This document shows, one piece after another, positions 18,970 through 27,175 of a stretch of 48,212 nt of DNA (within the stretch, counting starts at the first letter, position 1; each line of letters starts with the position of its first letter). The stretch spans positions 1-48,212 of the forward strand of contig JAZGBC010000059.1 in NCBI GenBank assembly GCA_036444495.1, in the 5' to 3' direction. A program made the translations under genes and the position numbers. The stretch comes from Kiloniellales bacterium (GTDB taxonomy: Bacteria; Pseudomonadota; Alphaproteobacteria; Kiloniellales; J153). The notes under the pieces are model-generated. The model was not told the DNA's origin. It made no database searches and worked only from the letters and a program-made list of their open reading frames with translations.

Positions 18970-20052
18970 TCATGCCCCGCCCAGGCGGACCCCGGTTTCG
19001 GGATCGAAGAGATGCAACTGCGCCGGATCGACGGCCAGCGGCAGCACTTCCCCCTCGCTCAGGTGCCGGGTGCCTTGCAGGCGTACGGTCAGGTCCGCGC
19101 GATCGTCGCCGAAGTGCCCGTGGATGATCGTATCGGCGCCCAGTTGCTCGGTCACCTCGGCGATGAAGTGCGCCACCTCCTGCCCGTCCGAGGCGACCTC
19201 CAGGTGTTCCGGACGGATGCCGAGGGTCACGTTACGCCCGGCCAGGGAAGCGAAACCCGGCGGCAGGGCCAGGCTGTCGCCGCCCGGCAGCGCGACCCGA
19301 GCGCCCTCTCCGTCGATCCGGGCACTCAGCAAATTCATGGCCGGCGAGCCGATGAAGCCGGCGACGAAAAGGCTGGCCGGGCGCTCGTAGAGCTCGAGCG
19401 GCGAGCCCAACTGCTCCACCACTCCCTCGTTGAGCACCATGAGCCGGTGGCCCAGCGTCATGGCCTCGACCTGATCGTGGGTGACGTAGACGCTGGTGAT
19501 ACCCAGGTCCTGCTGCAGCTTCTTGATCTCCAGGCGCATCTGCACGCGCAGCTTGGCGTCCAGGTTCGAGAGCGGCTCGTCGAACAGGAACACGCTCGGC
19601 TCGCGCACGATGGCCCGGCCCATGGCCACCCTCTGCCTCTGCCCGCCGGAGAGCTGACGCGGCCTGCGCGGCAGGAACTCACTGAGTTCGAGCATGGCCG
19701 CGGCTTTCTGCACGCGCGCCTCGATCTCGGCCTTGGGCAGGCTGCGGATCTTCAGGCCATAGGCCATGTTGTTGTAGACGGTCATATGCGGATAGAGCGC
19801 GTAGTTCTGGAACACCATGGCGATGTCGCGCTCGGCCGGCTCCAGATCGTTGACCACGCGGCCGCCGATGGCGATCTCACCCTCGGTGATGGTCTCCAGC
19901 CCGGCGATCATACGTAGAAGCGTCGACTTGCCGCAGCCCGAAGGGCCGACGATGACCAGGAATTCGCCGTCGGCTATGCCGCAGTCCACTCCGTGGATGA
20001 CCGCCGTCTCGCCGTAGGATTTGTGAACCTTGCGAAGCTCGATCTCAGCCAT
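18970..20052 (-). CDS. ugpC: sn-glycerol-3-phosphate ABC transporter ATP-binding protein
   Basis: Walker [10 protein letters not shown], signature LSGGQRQR, Walker B FLFDEP. MalK-type C-terminal domain. Confidence 0.9.
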   Translation of the reverse strand: MAEIELRKVHKSYGETAVIHGVDCGIADGEFLVIVGPSGCGKSTLLRMIAGLETITEGEIAIGGRVVNDLEPAERDIAMVFQNYALYPHMTVYNNMAYGLKIRSLPKAEIEARVQKAAAMLELSEFLPRRPRQLSGGQRQRVAMGRAIVREPSVFLFDEPLSNLDAKLRVQMRLEIKKLQQDLGITSVYVTHDQVEAMTLGHRLMVLNEGVVEQLGSPLELYERPASLFVAGFIGSPAMNLLSARIDGEGARVALPGGDSLALPPGFASLAGRNVTLGIRPEHLEVASDGQEVAHFIAEVTEQLGADTIIHGHFGDDRADLTVRLQGTRHLSEGEVLPLAVDPAQLHLFDPETGVRLGGA

Positions 20053-20073
20053 GATGAAGGCTCCGGGTCATGC

Positions 20074-20919
20074 CTATTTCTCGGTCTCCACCAGACCCTT
20101 GACGAACTGACGCTGCATCACCAGGACCACGACCACCGGCGGCAGCATGGCCAACATGGTGGTCGCCATGATGATATGCCACTCCGCCTGCGTGTCGCCG
20201 ACCGACAGCATGCGGTTGATGCCGATGAGCATGGTGTACATGTCCTGGTCGGTGGTGATCAGGAGCGGCCAGAGATATTGGTTCCAGCCATAGATGAACA
20301 GGATCACGAAAAGTGCGGCGATGTTGGTGCGCGACAGCGGCAAGAGGATGTCGAGAAAGAACCGCATGGGCCCCGCGCCATCGACGCGCGCGGCCTCGGC
20401 CAACTCGTCGGGCACGGTCATGAAGAACTGGCGGAACAGGAAGGTGGCCGTGGCCGAGGCGATGAGCGGCAGGGTCAGCCCGGCATAAGTGTCAAGCATA
20501 CCGAGATCCGAGACCACCTTGTAGGTCGGCAGGATGCGTACCTCCACAGGCAGCATGAGGGTGATAAAAATCATCCAAAAGAAGAACATGCGGAAGGGAA
20601 AGCGGAAATAGACGATGGCGTAGGCCGAAATAATCGAGATCGCGATCTTTCCCACCGTGATGCCGAGCGCCATGATCAGGCTGTTCAGCATCATCCGGCC
20701 GACCGGTATTCCCACCGCCTTGGTCCCGCCGAACATTGCTTGAACATAATTCTCCACAAAGTGCTCTCCGGGAAGCAGCGGCATGGGCACCTGAAGGATC
20801 GCCTTTAGATCGTGGGTCGAGGCGACGAAGGCCATGTAAATCGGGAAGGCGAGGATCACCATCCCGATCAGGAGGATCGCGTGGGTCATGACGGTGAGAA
20901 GCGGGCGGTGCTGAACCAT
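20074..20919 (-). CDS. ugpE: sn-glycerol-3-phosphate ABC transporter permease
   Basis: MalG-type permease with EAA loop [20 protein letters not shown]. The start overlaps the ugpA stop by 1 nt. Confidence 0.85.
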   Translation of the reverse strand: MVQHRPLLTVMTHAILLIGMVILAFPIYMAFVASTHDLKAILQVPMPLLPGEHFVENYVQAMFGGTKAVGIPVGRMMLNSLIMALGITVGKIAISIISAYAIVYFRFPFRMFFFWMIFITLMLPVEVRILPTYKVVSDLGMLDTYAGLTLPLIASATATFLFRQFFMTVPDELAEAARVDGAGPMRFFLDILLPLSRTNIAALFVILFIYGWNQYLWPLLITTDQDMYTMLIGINRMLSVGDTQAEWHIIMATTMLAMLPPVVVVLVMQRQFVKGLVETEK

Positions 20920-21800
20920 CAGTAATGCACCTTGCGCTCGATGTAGCGGAACTGAAATACGGTGAGCGCAATCACGATCGCCATCAGCACAACGGACTGC
21001 GCCGCCGAGCCGCCAAGGTCGAGCGCCAGGAAGCCGTCATGGAAGACCTTGTAGACCAGGATGTTTGTGGCCCCGGCGGGCCCGCCTTCGGTGATTTGAT
21101 GGATGATGCCGAATGTGTCGAAGAAGGCGTAGACCACGTTGACCACGACCAGGAAGAAGGTGGTCGGAGTCAGCAGCGGGAAAATAATGGTCCAGAACCG
21201 GCGTGCCGGACCCGCGCCGTCGATCGCCGCCGCCTCGATCAGCGACTTGGGGATCGCCTGCAGGCCGGCCAGAAAGAACAAGAAATTGTATGAGATCTGC
21301 TTCCACGCAGCGGCGAAGATCACCAGGGCCATGGCCTGGTTTCCGTTCAGTGAATGGTTCCAGTCCATGCCGAGGCCGCGCAGGGCGAAGACGAAAATGC
21401 CGACCGTCGGATTGAACAGGAACAGGAACAACACGCCCGCCACCGCCGGCGCCACGGCATAAGGCCAGATCAACAGAATCTTGTAGGCCGTCGCGCCGCG
21501 GATTACGCGATCGGCCTGGACCGCCAGAAAGAGCGCAGTGGACAGGGCCAACAACGCCACGCTGACGCTGAACACGGCTGTCACCTGTATCGACGTCAGA
21601 TACTGAGGTTCGGCGAAGAGATCCGCGAAATTCTCGAACCAGACGAACTCCGATTTCAGGCCGAAGGGGTCCTCAATCAGCAGCGACTGGTACAGCGCCT
21701 GGCTCGCCGGCCAGATGAAGAAGATCAGCGTGACCGCGATCTGCGGCGCTACAAGGATGTACGGGAGCACCCGGCTCCGAAAGACGACGCGCTTTTCCAT
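20919..21800 (-). CDS. ugpA: sn-glycerol-3-phosphate ABC transporter permease
   Basis: MalF-type permease with EAA loop [20 protein letters not shown]. Confidence 0.85.
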   Translation of the reverse strand: MEKRVVFRSRVLPYILVAPQIAVTLIFFIWPASQALYQSLLIEDPFGLKSEFVWFENFADLFAEPQYLTSIQVTAVFSVSVALLALSTALFLAVQADRVIRGATAYKILLIWPYAVAPAVAGVLFLFLFNPTVGIFVFALRGLGMDWNHSLNGNQAMALVIFAAAWKQISYNFLFFLAGLQAIPKSLIEAAAIDGAGPARRFWTIIFPLLTPTTFFLVVVNVVYAFFDTFGIIHQITEGGPAGATNILVYKVFHDGFLALDLGGSAAQSVVLMAIVIALTVFQFRYIERKVHY

Positions 21801-21823
21801 GGCTCGAGATCGGGTCGAGGCCT

Positions 21824-21890
21824 AGTACCCAGGATCATAGCAGGCCGGGCGGGAACCGCCCGCCACAAGGGCGGACGGTTCCTGGGCCTT
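21824..21890. repeat. Short relative of the AGTACCC-terminated palindromic element (ugpB-ugpA spacer)
   Basis: 21824-21844 AGTACCCAGGATCATAGCAGG matches 20 of 21 nt of the left arm of the 268-bp copy at 40527. CCCAGGA (21828-21834) pairs with TCCTGGG (21880-21886). Internal GGGCGG-GAA-CCGCCC hairpin. Confidence 0.5.
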
Positions 21891-21902
21891 ATGGGGACAA
21901 CA

Positions 21903-23222
21903 TCAATTGCTGGCTTTCTCGAACTTGCGCAGCAATCTGTTGCCGCGCGCGACGGCGTCGTCCAGCCCCTGTTTCGCCGTCTTCTTGCCGGCGAAAATGG
22001 CTTCCAGCTCCTCGTAGATGATAGCGCGGGTCTGCACGAAACTGCCGAAGCGCAAGCCCTTCGAGTTCGCCGTCGGCGCCTTGCCGCCCATCTGAAGGAT
22101 CGGGATGTCGCGGCCCGGGTAGTCGTTGTAGAACTTGACGTTCTTCATCAGTTCGTAGGCGCCTTTGGTGATGGGAACGTAGCCCGTATAGGCGTGCCAA
22201 TAGGCCTGAACCATGGGCAGCGACAAGAAGTTCATGAACTTCGCCACGCCCTTGTAATCCTCGGCCGAGTGGCCGCCCAGGACCCAGAGGCTGGCGCCGC
22301 CGATGATGGTGTTTTGCGGCGGGTTTCCGACATCAGGCCAGTAGGGAAGGTTGGAAACCCCGAACTCGAACTCGGCGCCGGCCTTGAAACTGCCATAGCC
22401 GGCCGAAGATTCCGTGTACATGGGGCATTCACCGCTGATGAACTTGGGATTGCCCAGATTGCGGCGGCCGCCGTAAACGAAGATCTTCTCCTTCTGCCAA
22501 TCGGCCAGTTGCTGGATGTGCTTGACGTGGGCCGGGCTGTTGAAGGTGAATTCGGTGTCCAGCCCAGCGAAGCCGTTTTCCTTGGTGCCAAAGGGAATGT
22601 CGTGCCAGGCGCTGAAGTTCTCCAGGTGAACCCAGGAAATCCAGGCGGTGCTGAAGCCGCATTGATAACCACCGGCGATCAGCTTGCGCGCGGCATCGGC
22701 AACCTCGGGCCAGGTTTTGGGCGGGTTGGCGGGGTCGAGCCCGACCTTCTTGAAGGCGTCTTTGTTGTACCAGAACACCGGTGTTGAGGAGTTGAATGGC
22801 ATGGACAGCATCTTGCCGTCGGTTGTGGTGTAGTAGCCGGTCACGGCGCTCAGATAAGAGCTCGGGTCGAAGGCCTGCCCGGTCTCCTGCATCAGTTCGT
22901 AAATCGGCTTGATCGCGCCTTTGGCGCCCATCATGGTCGCAGTGCCGACCTCGAAGACCTGCAGGATGTGCGGCGGCTTGCCGGCCCGGAAGGCGGCGAC
23001 GCCGGCCGTCATGGTCTCGCTGTAGTTGCCCTTGTAGGTGGCTACCAGCTTGTACTCCGACTGCGAGCGGTTGAAGTTGTCGGCGATCTCATTGACCCGT
23101 TCGCCGAGCGCCCCGCCCATGGCGTGCCACCACTGAATCTCTGTCTGGGCCGAGGCCGCCGTGGCCGCGGTTCCAATGAAGAGCGCCACCGCCATGGCGG
23201 TGAACATTTTGAAACGTCTCAT
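21903..23222 (-). CDS. ugpB: sn-glycerol-3-phosphate ABC transporter periplasmic binding protein
   Basis: Long collinear similarity to E. coli UgpB as I recall it (YKGNYSETMTAGVAAFRAGKPPHILQVFEVGTATMM..., FNSSTPVFWYNKDAFKKVGLDP). Signal peptide present. Confidence 0.9.
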   Translation of the reverse strand: MRRFKMFTAMAVALFIGTAATAASAQTEIQWWHAMGGALGERVNEIADNFNRSQSEYKLVATYKGNYSETMTAGVAAFRAGKPPHILQVFEVGTATMMGAKGAIKPIYELMQETGQAFDPSSYLSAVTGYYTTTDGKMLSMPFNSSTPVFWYNKDAFKKVGLDPANPPKTWPEVADAARKLIAGGYQCGFSTAWISWVHLENFSAWHDIPFGTKENGFAGLDTEFTFNSPAHVKHIQQLADWQKEKIFVYGGRRNLGNPKFISGECPMYTESSAGYGSFKAGAEFEFGVSNLPYWPDVGNPPQNTIIGGASLWVLGGHSAEDYKGVAKFMNFLSLPMVQAYWHAYTGYVPITKGAYELMKNVKFYNDYPGRDIPILQMGGKAPTANSKGLRFGSFVQTRAIIYEELEAIFAGKKTAKQGLDDAVARGNRLLRKFEKASN

Positions 23223-23513
23223 GATTTTGCTCCCTGTCTATCGGAGGATCGATTGCCGCGCCGCACCCGAAGGATTTACGGCCGCGGGGGTTTTAGTCAC
23301 CCGATGCGATGCCTTTGATGCAAGGAGGTTAAGCCATTTTGCTCGGCCTTGCCAAGCGTCTCGGCCGGCCAATCGTGGGGTTGTGAAGCCCCCGCCAGCG
23401 CGCCTTGCGCCGGGCCCCAGGGCGTGGTTTCTGGCCCGCGCAAGCTTCGGATAGAGCGGGATGACTACCCGGGCTAGAACCGGGTCGATCATGCACTGCC
23501 AAGGAGCCACGCG

Positions 23514-24395
23514 ATGACCCCGGAAACCGCCGCCGAGGAGCGAAAACCCGCCGCAAAGGGCCTCACCCAGCGGCATCTGGCACTGATCGAGCGGGCCTGC
23601 GCCTATATCGACGGGCGCGACGGGCAGGGGGTGACGCTCGCCCGCTTGGCCGCGCAGGTCGGGGCCAGCCCCTGGCACCTGCAGCGTCTGTTCAAGAAGG
23701 CGACGGGGCTCAGCCCGCGCGAATACGCCGATGCCCGGCGCGCGCGCCGCTTCCGCAGCGAACTGAAAGGAGGCGAATCCATCGCGGGCGCCACCTATGG
23801 GGCGGGCTACGGCTCTTCCAGCCGGGTCTACGAGGACGCCCGGCGCCGCCTCGGCATGACGCCGGCCTCCTACGCCAAGGGCGGCAAGGGCGCGCGCATC
23901 GCCTACGCCACCGTCGATTCGCCGCTCGGCCGCCTCCTGGTAGGGGCCACGGCCAAGGGCATCTGTTTCGTCTCGCTGGGGGAAACCGACGCCCCGCTGG
24001 AGGCCGCGCTCGAGGCCGAGTTCCCGGAGGCCGAGGTCATCGTCCGGGACGAGGAAACCATTGCGCCGGCGCTCGACGACCTTCTGGCCCACCTGGAGGG
24101 CAAGACGCCGCACCTGGCCTTGCCGCTCGACGTGCGCGCCACCGCGTTCCAGCGCCGCGTCTGGCAGGAGCTCATGGCCATCCCGCCGGGCGAGACGCGC
24201 AGCTATTCGGAGATTGCAGCCGCCCTGGATCTGCCCAAGGGCCAGCGCGCCGTGGGCCGGGCCTGCGCCACCAATCCGGTGGCCATCGTGGTGCCCTGCC
24301 ACCGGGTGCTGCGCGCCGACGGGGCCTTGGGCGGCTATCGCTGGGGCCTGGAGCGTAAAGAGGCCCTGCTGAGGCGCGAGGCCGGGCACGGCTAA
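23514..24395 (+). CDS. AraC-type HTH / methylated-DNA--protein-cysteine methyltransferase fusion (Ada-like, without N-terminal Zn methylphosphotriester domain)
   Basis: AraC HTH block (LARLAAQVGASPWHLQRLFKKATGLSPREY) followed by an MGMT domain with active site VPCHRV. AAGGAG RBS. Confidence 0.85.
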   Translation: MTPETAAEERKPAAKGLTQRHLALIERACAYIDGRDGQGVTLARLAAQVGASPWHLQRLFKKATGLSPREYADARRARRFRSELKGGESIAGATYGAGYGSSSRVYEDARRRLGMTPASYAKGGKGARIAYATVDSPLGRLLVGATAKGICFVSLGETDAPLEAALEAEFPEAEVIVRDEETIAPALDDLLAHLEGKTPHLALPLDVRATAFQRRVWQELMAIPPGETRSYSEIAAALDLPKGQRAVGRACATNPVAIVVPCHRVLRADGALGGYRWGLERKEALLRREAGHG

Positions 24396-24441
24396 CACCT
24401 GGACCTTGCCCCGGCGCGGGCGCGCGGGCTAGACGGGATTC

Positions 24442-25146
24442 ATGGCCCGCCAAGCGGACGACCGGAAAACCTTGCAGGTCGCGGGACGCAGCGTCCCGCT
24501 CGTGATCGTGCGCCATCCGCGCGCGCGGCATATGTCTTTGCGCCTGGAGAGCGCCGGGGCGGGCCTGCGGCTCACCTTGCCGCGGCGCGCCTCGCTCAGC
24601 GAGGGGCTGGCCTTCGCCGAATCCAAAAGCGAATGGATCCGGCGCCAATTGGCGGCCCAGCCCGCGCGCGTACCTTTCGTCCCCGGGTCCATCGTGCCGG
24701 TCCTGGGCCGGGAGCACGTCATCCGCCACGCGCCCTGGGCGCGGCGCGGGGTCTGGCGCGAGCACGGGGTTCTCTGGGCCTCGGGCTTGGCCGAGCACCT
24801 GCCCCGGCGCGTGACCGACTACCTGAAAGGCGAAGCGCGGCGCGAGATCACGGCGCGCGCCCAGGACAAGGCGCGCAGGATCGAGCGCGAGATCCGGCGC
24901 GTTACCCTGCGCGACATGACCAGCCGTTGGGGCAGCTGCGGCGACGGGCGGCTCGCCTTCTCCTGGCGCCTGATCCTGGCGCCCGAAGCCGTGCTCGACT
25001 ACGTGGTGGCGCACGAGGTGGCGCATCTGCGCTACATGAGCCACGGACCGCGCTTCTGGGCGCTCACCGCGCGCCTGACCGAGGACGTGGCCGGACCCAC
25101 GCGCTGGCTCAAGACCCAGGGCGACAGGCTGCTCGCCTACGGCTGA
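24442..25146 (+). CDS. YgjP-like (DUF45) zinc metallohydrolase
   Basis: C-terminal HEVAHL zinc motif and overall YgjP/SprT-like layout. Confidence 0.7.
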   Translation: MARQADDRKTLQVAGRSVPLVIVRHPRARHMSLRLESAGAGLRLTLPRRASLSEGLAFAESKSEWIRRQLAAQPARVPFVPGSIVPVLGREHVIRHAPWARRGVWREHGVLWASGLAEHLPRRVTDYLKGEARREITARAQDKARRIEREIRRVTLRDMTSRWGSCGDGRLAFSWRLILAPEAVLDYVVAHEVAHLRYMSHGPRFWALTARLTEDVAGPTRWLKTQGDRLLAYG

Positions 25147-25170
25147 ACCCCTATTGTGGGGACACCATAC

Positions 25171-25623
25171 TTAATTCAGGGCTGCGCCGGGCACCCAGAT
25201 ATAGCCGTCCGGGTCCACCAGATAACATTCGCGCAGGCCGTGGGGCTTGTCGGCCGCAGGCATGAGTACCTGGACCCCGCACGCCCGGGCCCGCGCCTCG
25301 GCGGCGTCGGGGTCGATGCCGTAGAGGCGCAACTCCACGCCCGCCCCGCGCACGTCGGCGCCGGCGAACCAGGTGAGCATGGGATTGGCCTCTCCGGCCT
25401 CGTCCAGGTAGGTGTGATCGGCGTGCAGCATGACATCGTGACCCGCGTGGCGGAGCACCGCGAAGTCCTCGTCGCTGTAAACCTCGTCTAGGCCCAGCAC
25501 CCCGGTCAGGAAGGCCACGCTGCGCGCCACATCGGAAACAAGCAGGTTGACGCCCACGCCCTTGAGCGACCGGCCGTACTCGGCCGGATCCATCCAGGGT
25601 TCTTTATCTCCTCGCTTTTGCAT
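25171..25623 (-). CDS. VOC (glyoxalase/bleomycin-resistance/dioxygenase) superfamily protein
   Basis: 150 aa, with a paired beta-alpha-beta-beta-beta-like pattern and a C-terminus typical of VOC proteins (ECYLVDPDGYIW). Confidence 0.65.
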   Translation of the reverse strand: MQKRGDKEPWMDPAEYGRSLKGVGVNLLVSDVARSVAFLTGVLGLDEVYSDEDFAVLRHAGHDVMLHADHTYLDEAGEANPMLTWFAGADVRGAGVELRLYGIDPDAAEARARACGVQVLMPAADKPHGLRECYLVDPDGYIWVPGAALN

Positions 25624-25656
25624 GACTCAGGCCACCCCAAGCCGATTATGGCGAAA

Positions 25657-26871
25657 CTAAACCACCGGTACTTCGAGTGCCGGGCCGGCGGCCGCCTCGT
25701 TAAGCGCCAGCGCCTCGACCAGGTCGCGGACCTCCCCGAGCGCATGGGCGTGGCGCGCGTTGGCGCGGGCCTCGCCCAGGTCCGCGGGCAGATCGAGCAA
25801 AGTCAGCCCGCGATAGAAGAGCTCGCGAAAAACGACGCGTTCGCTGAACCCGGGCTGCAGGCGGAAGCCCAGGCGTTTCGAGAGGCGGGCCAAGAGCCCG
25901 GCTATCTCGCGCGAGTTGCGCGAATCGATATGGGCCAAGCGGTTACGCATGACGATCCAGTCCAGGGGCATCGTACCCGTGGTTTTGCGCCGCTCGATCT
26001 CCTCCAGCACCATCCGGCAATAGCGGCTGGGCTCCAGGACCGCGCGCCTGTCGCGGTCGACGCGCGCCAGCACGTCGATGTCCAGGAAGGAGTCGTTCAG
26101 CGGCGTGATCAGGCTATGGGCCTGGGCATGGCCCAGGCGCGCCAGGTGGGTATTGCTGCCCGGCGTGTCGATCACCACGAAGCGGCAGTCCGCCATGGCC
26201 GACAGCGCCTGATCCAGGAGGCCCTCCTCTTCGGCGCGGGCCTCCGCGCGCCCGGGCGCCTCGGAAGACTCCAGGCAACGGTGCAGGGACATGGCGATCT
26301 TTCGCCCGGTCTTCTTCACGAAGGACTCGCGGTTGGCGATGTAACGCGTCAGCGTTCCCTGGCTGCCGTCCAGGTCGATCGAGCCCACTTTCCGGCCACC
26401 GCCGAGCAGGGCCACGATCAGGTGCATGGCGGTAGTGGACTTTCCCGTGCCGCCCTTTTCGTTGCCCAGCACGATGACGCGCGGGCCCGGGCCGCCCTTT
26501 CCGTTGCCGCGCCGCGCCCTCGCGCCCAGCGCGGGTGTGGAAACCCCGAGCGTCCGGCAGATCTCCTCGACCCGCGTCCGGGTCCGATCGGAAACCTCGC
26601 CCTCGGCGCGGGCCAGCGCGGCGGCGATGCGGGCGAGCAGCCTGGCGGTCGGCTCCTGGCCGGCCAGCGCCCTGAGCGCGCCCAAGGCCTTGGCCCGGCC
26701 CTGCTCGGGCGCAGACTGGATTCCCCGCACGTAGGAATCGAAAAGATCGATTGCATGATGCACATCGAAGGTTTTGAGGGCGTCCACGCCGTCCAGAACC
26801 CCGTCCAACGCATGACGTCGGGCGAAGCTGACCTCGCCGTCCGCGCTGGCAGCGAGTGCGGCGCTGGCCAT
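25657..26871 (-). CDS. mipZ: MipZ-type ParA-like ATPase with TerB-like N-terminal extension
   Basis: The C-terminal part, about 280 aa, is collinear with Caulobacter MipZ as I recall it (VIVLGNEKGGTGKSTTAMHL, VIDTPG, MRNRL). The N-terminal 110 aa or so carry two ADGEVS/AEGEVS helix motifs like TerB. ATG 26871 follows GGAAG. The track ORF runs to 27219 through a region I treat as intergenic. Confidence 0.75.
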   Translation of the reverse strand: MASAALAASADGEVSFARRHALDGVLDGVDALKTFDVHHAIDLFDSYVRGIQSAPEQGRAKALGALRALAGQEPTARLLARIAAALARAEGEVSDRTRTRVEEICRTLGVSTPALGARARRGNGKGGPGPRVIVLGNEKGGTGKSTTAMHLIVALLGGGRKVGSIDLDGSQGTLTRYIANRESFVKKTGRKIAMSLHRCLESSEAPGRAEARAEEEGLLDQALSAMADCRFVVIDTPGSNTHLARLGHAQAHSLITPLNDSFLDIDVLARVDRDRRAVLEPSRYCRMVLEEIERRKTTGTMPLDWIVMRNRLAHIDSRNSREIAGLLARLSKRLGFRLQPGFSERVVFRELFYRGLTLLDLPADLGEARANARHAHALGEVRDLVEALALNEAAAGPALEVPVV

Positions 26872-27175
26872 GGCCGCTTCCAATAATGATCTATTGCGCG
26901 CGCGCTGGGCGCCGCCCCGGATCGGATCCCGTAATCTGCCGAGCAGGTCCAACTCTTTCCCCCCGGACCTCGGCTTGGCGCGCGCCAATCGGGCGCCACC
27001 CAAATCTCCCCGTACCGGCGTGATCGCCGGCGAAAGCGGCCCGCTTTGGCCTGTTTTCCTCGTCCCCGCGACTCGGGCCGATGGGAAGTCTACCCCGGCG
27101 GGCCGCGCCGTGGGGCAAAAAACTGTACCGGGCAAGGAACAAGGACCGCGGCGTGATGACGCCGCTTGAGCTCTT

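Noticed and set aside
23303-23323. Possible Pho box upstream of ugpB (minus strand reads TTGCATCAAAGGCATCGCATC, with repeated GCATC).
   Set aside because: It does not match the CTGTCAT-N4-CTGTCAT type consensus well, and the repeat phasing is irregular. This cannot be supported without a matrix scan or comparative data.
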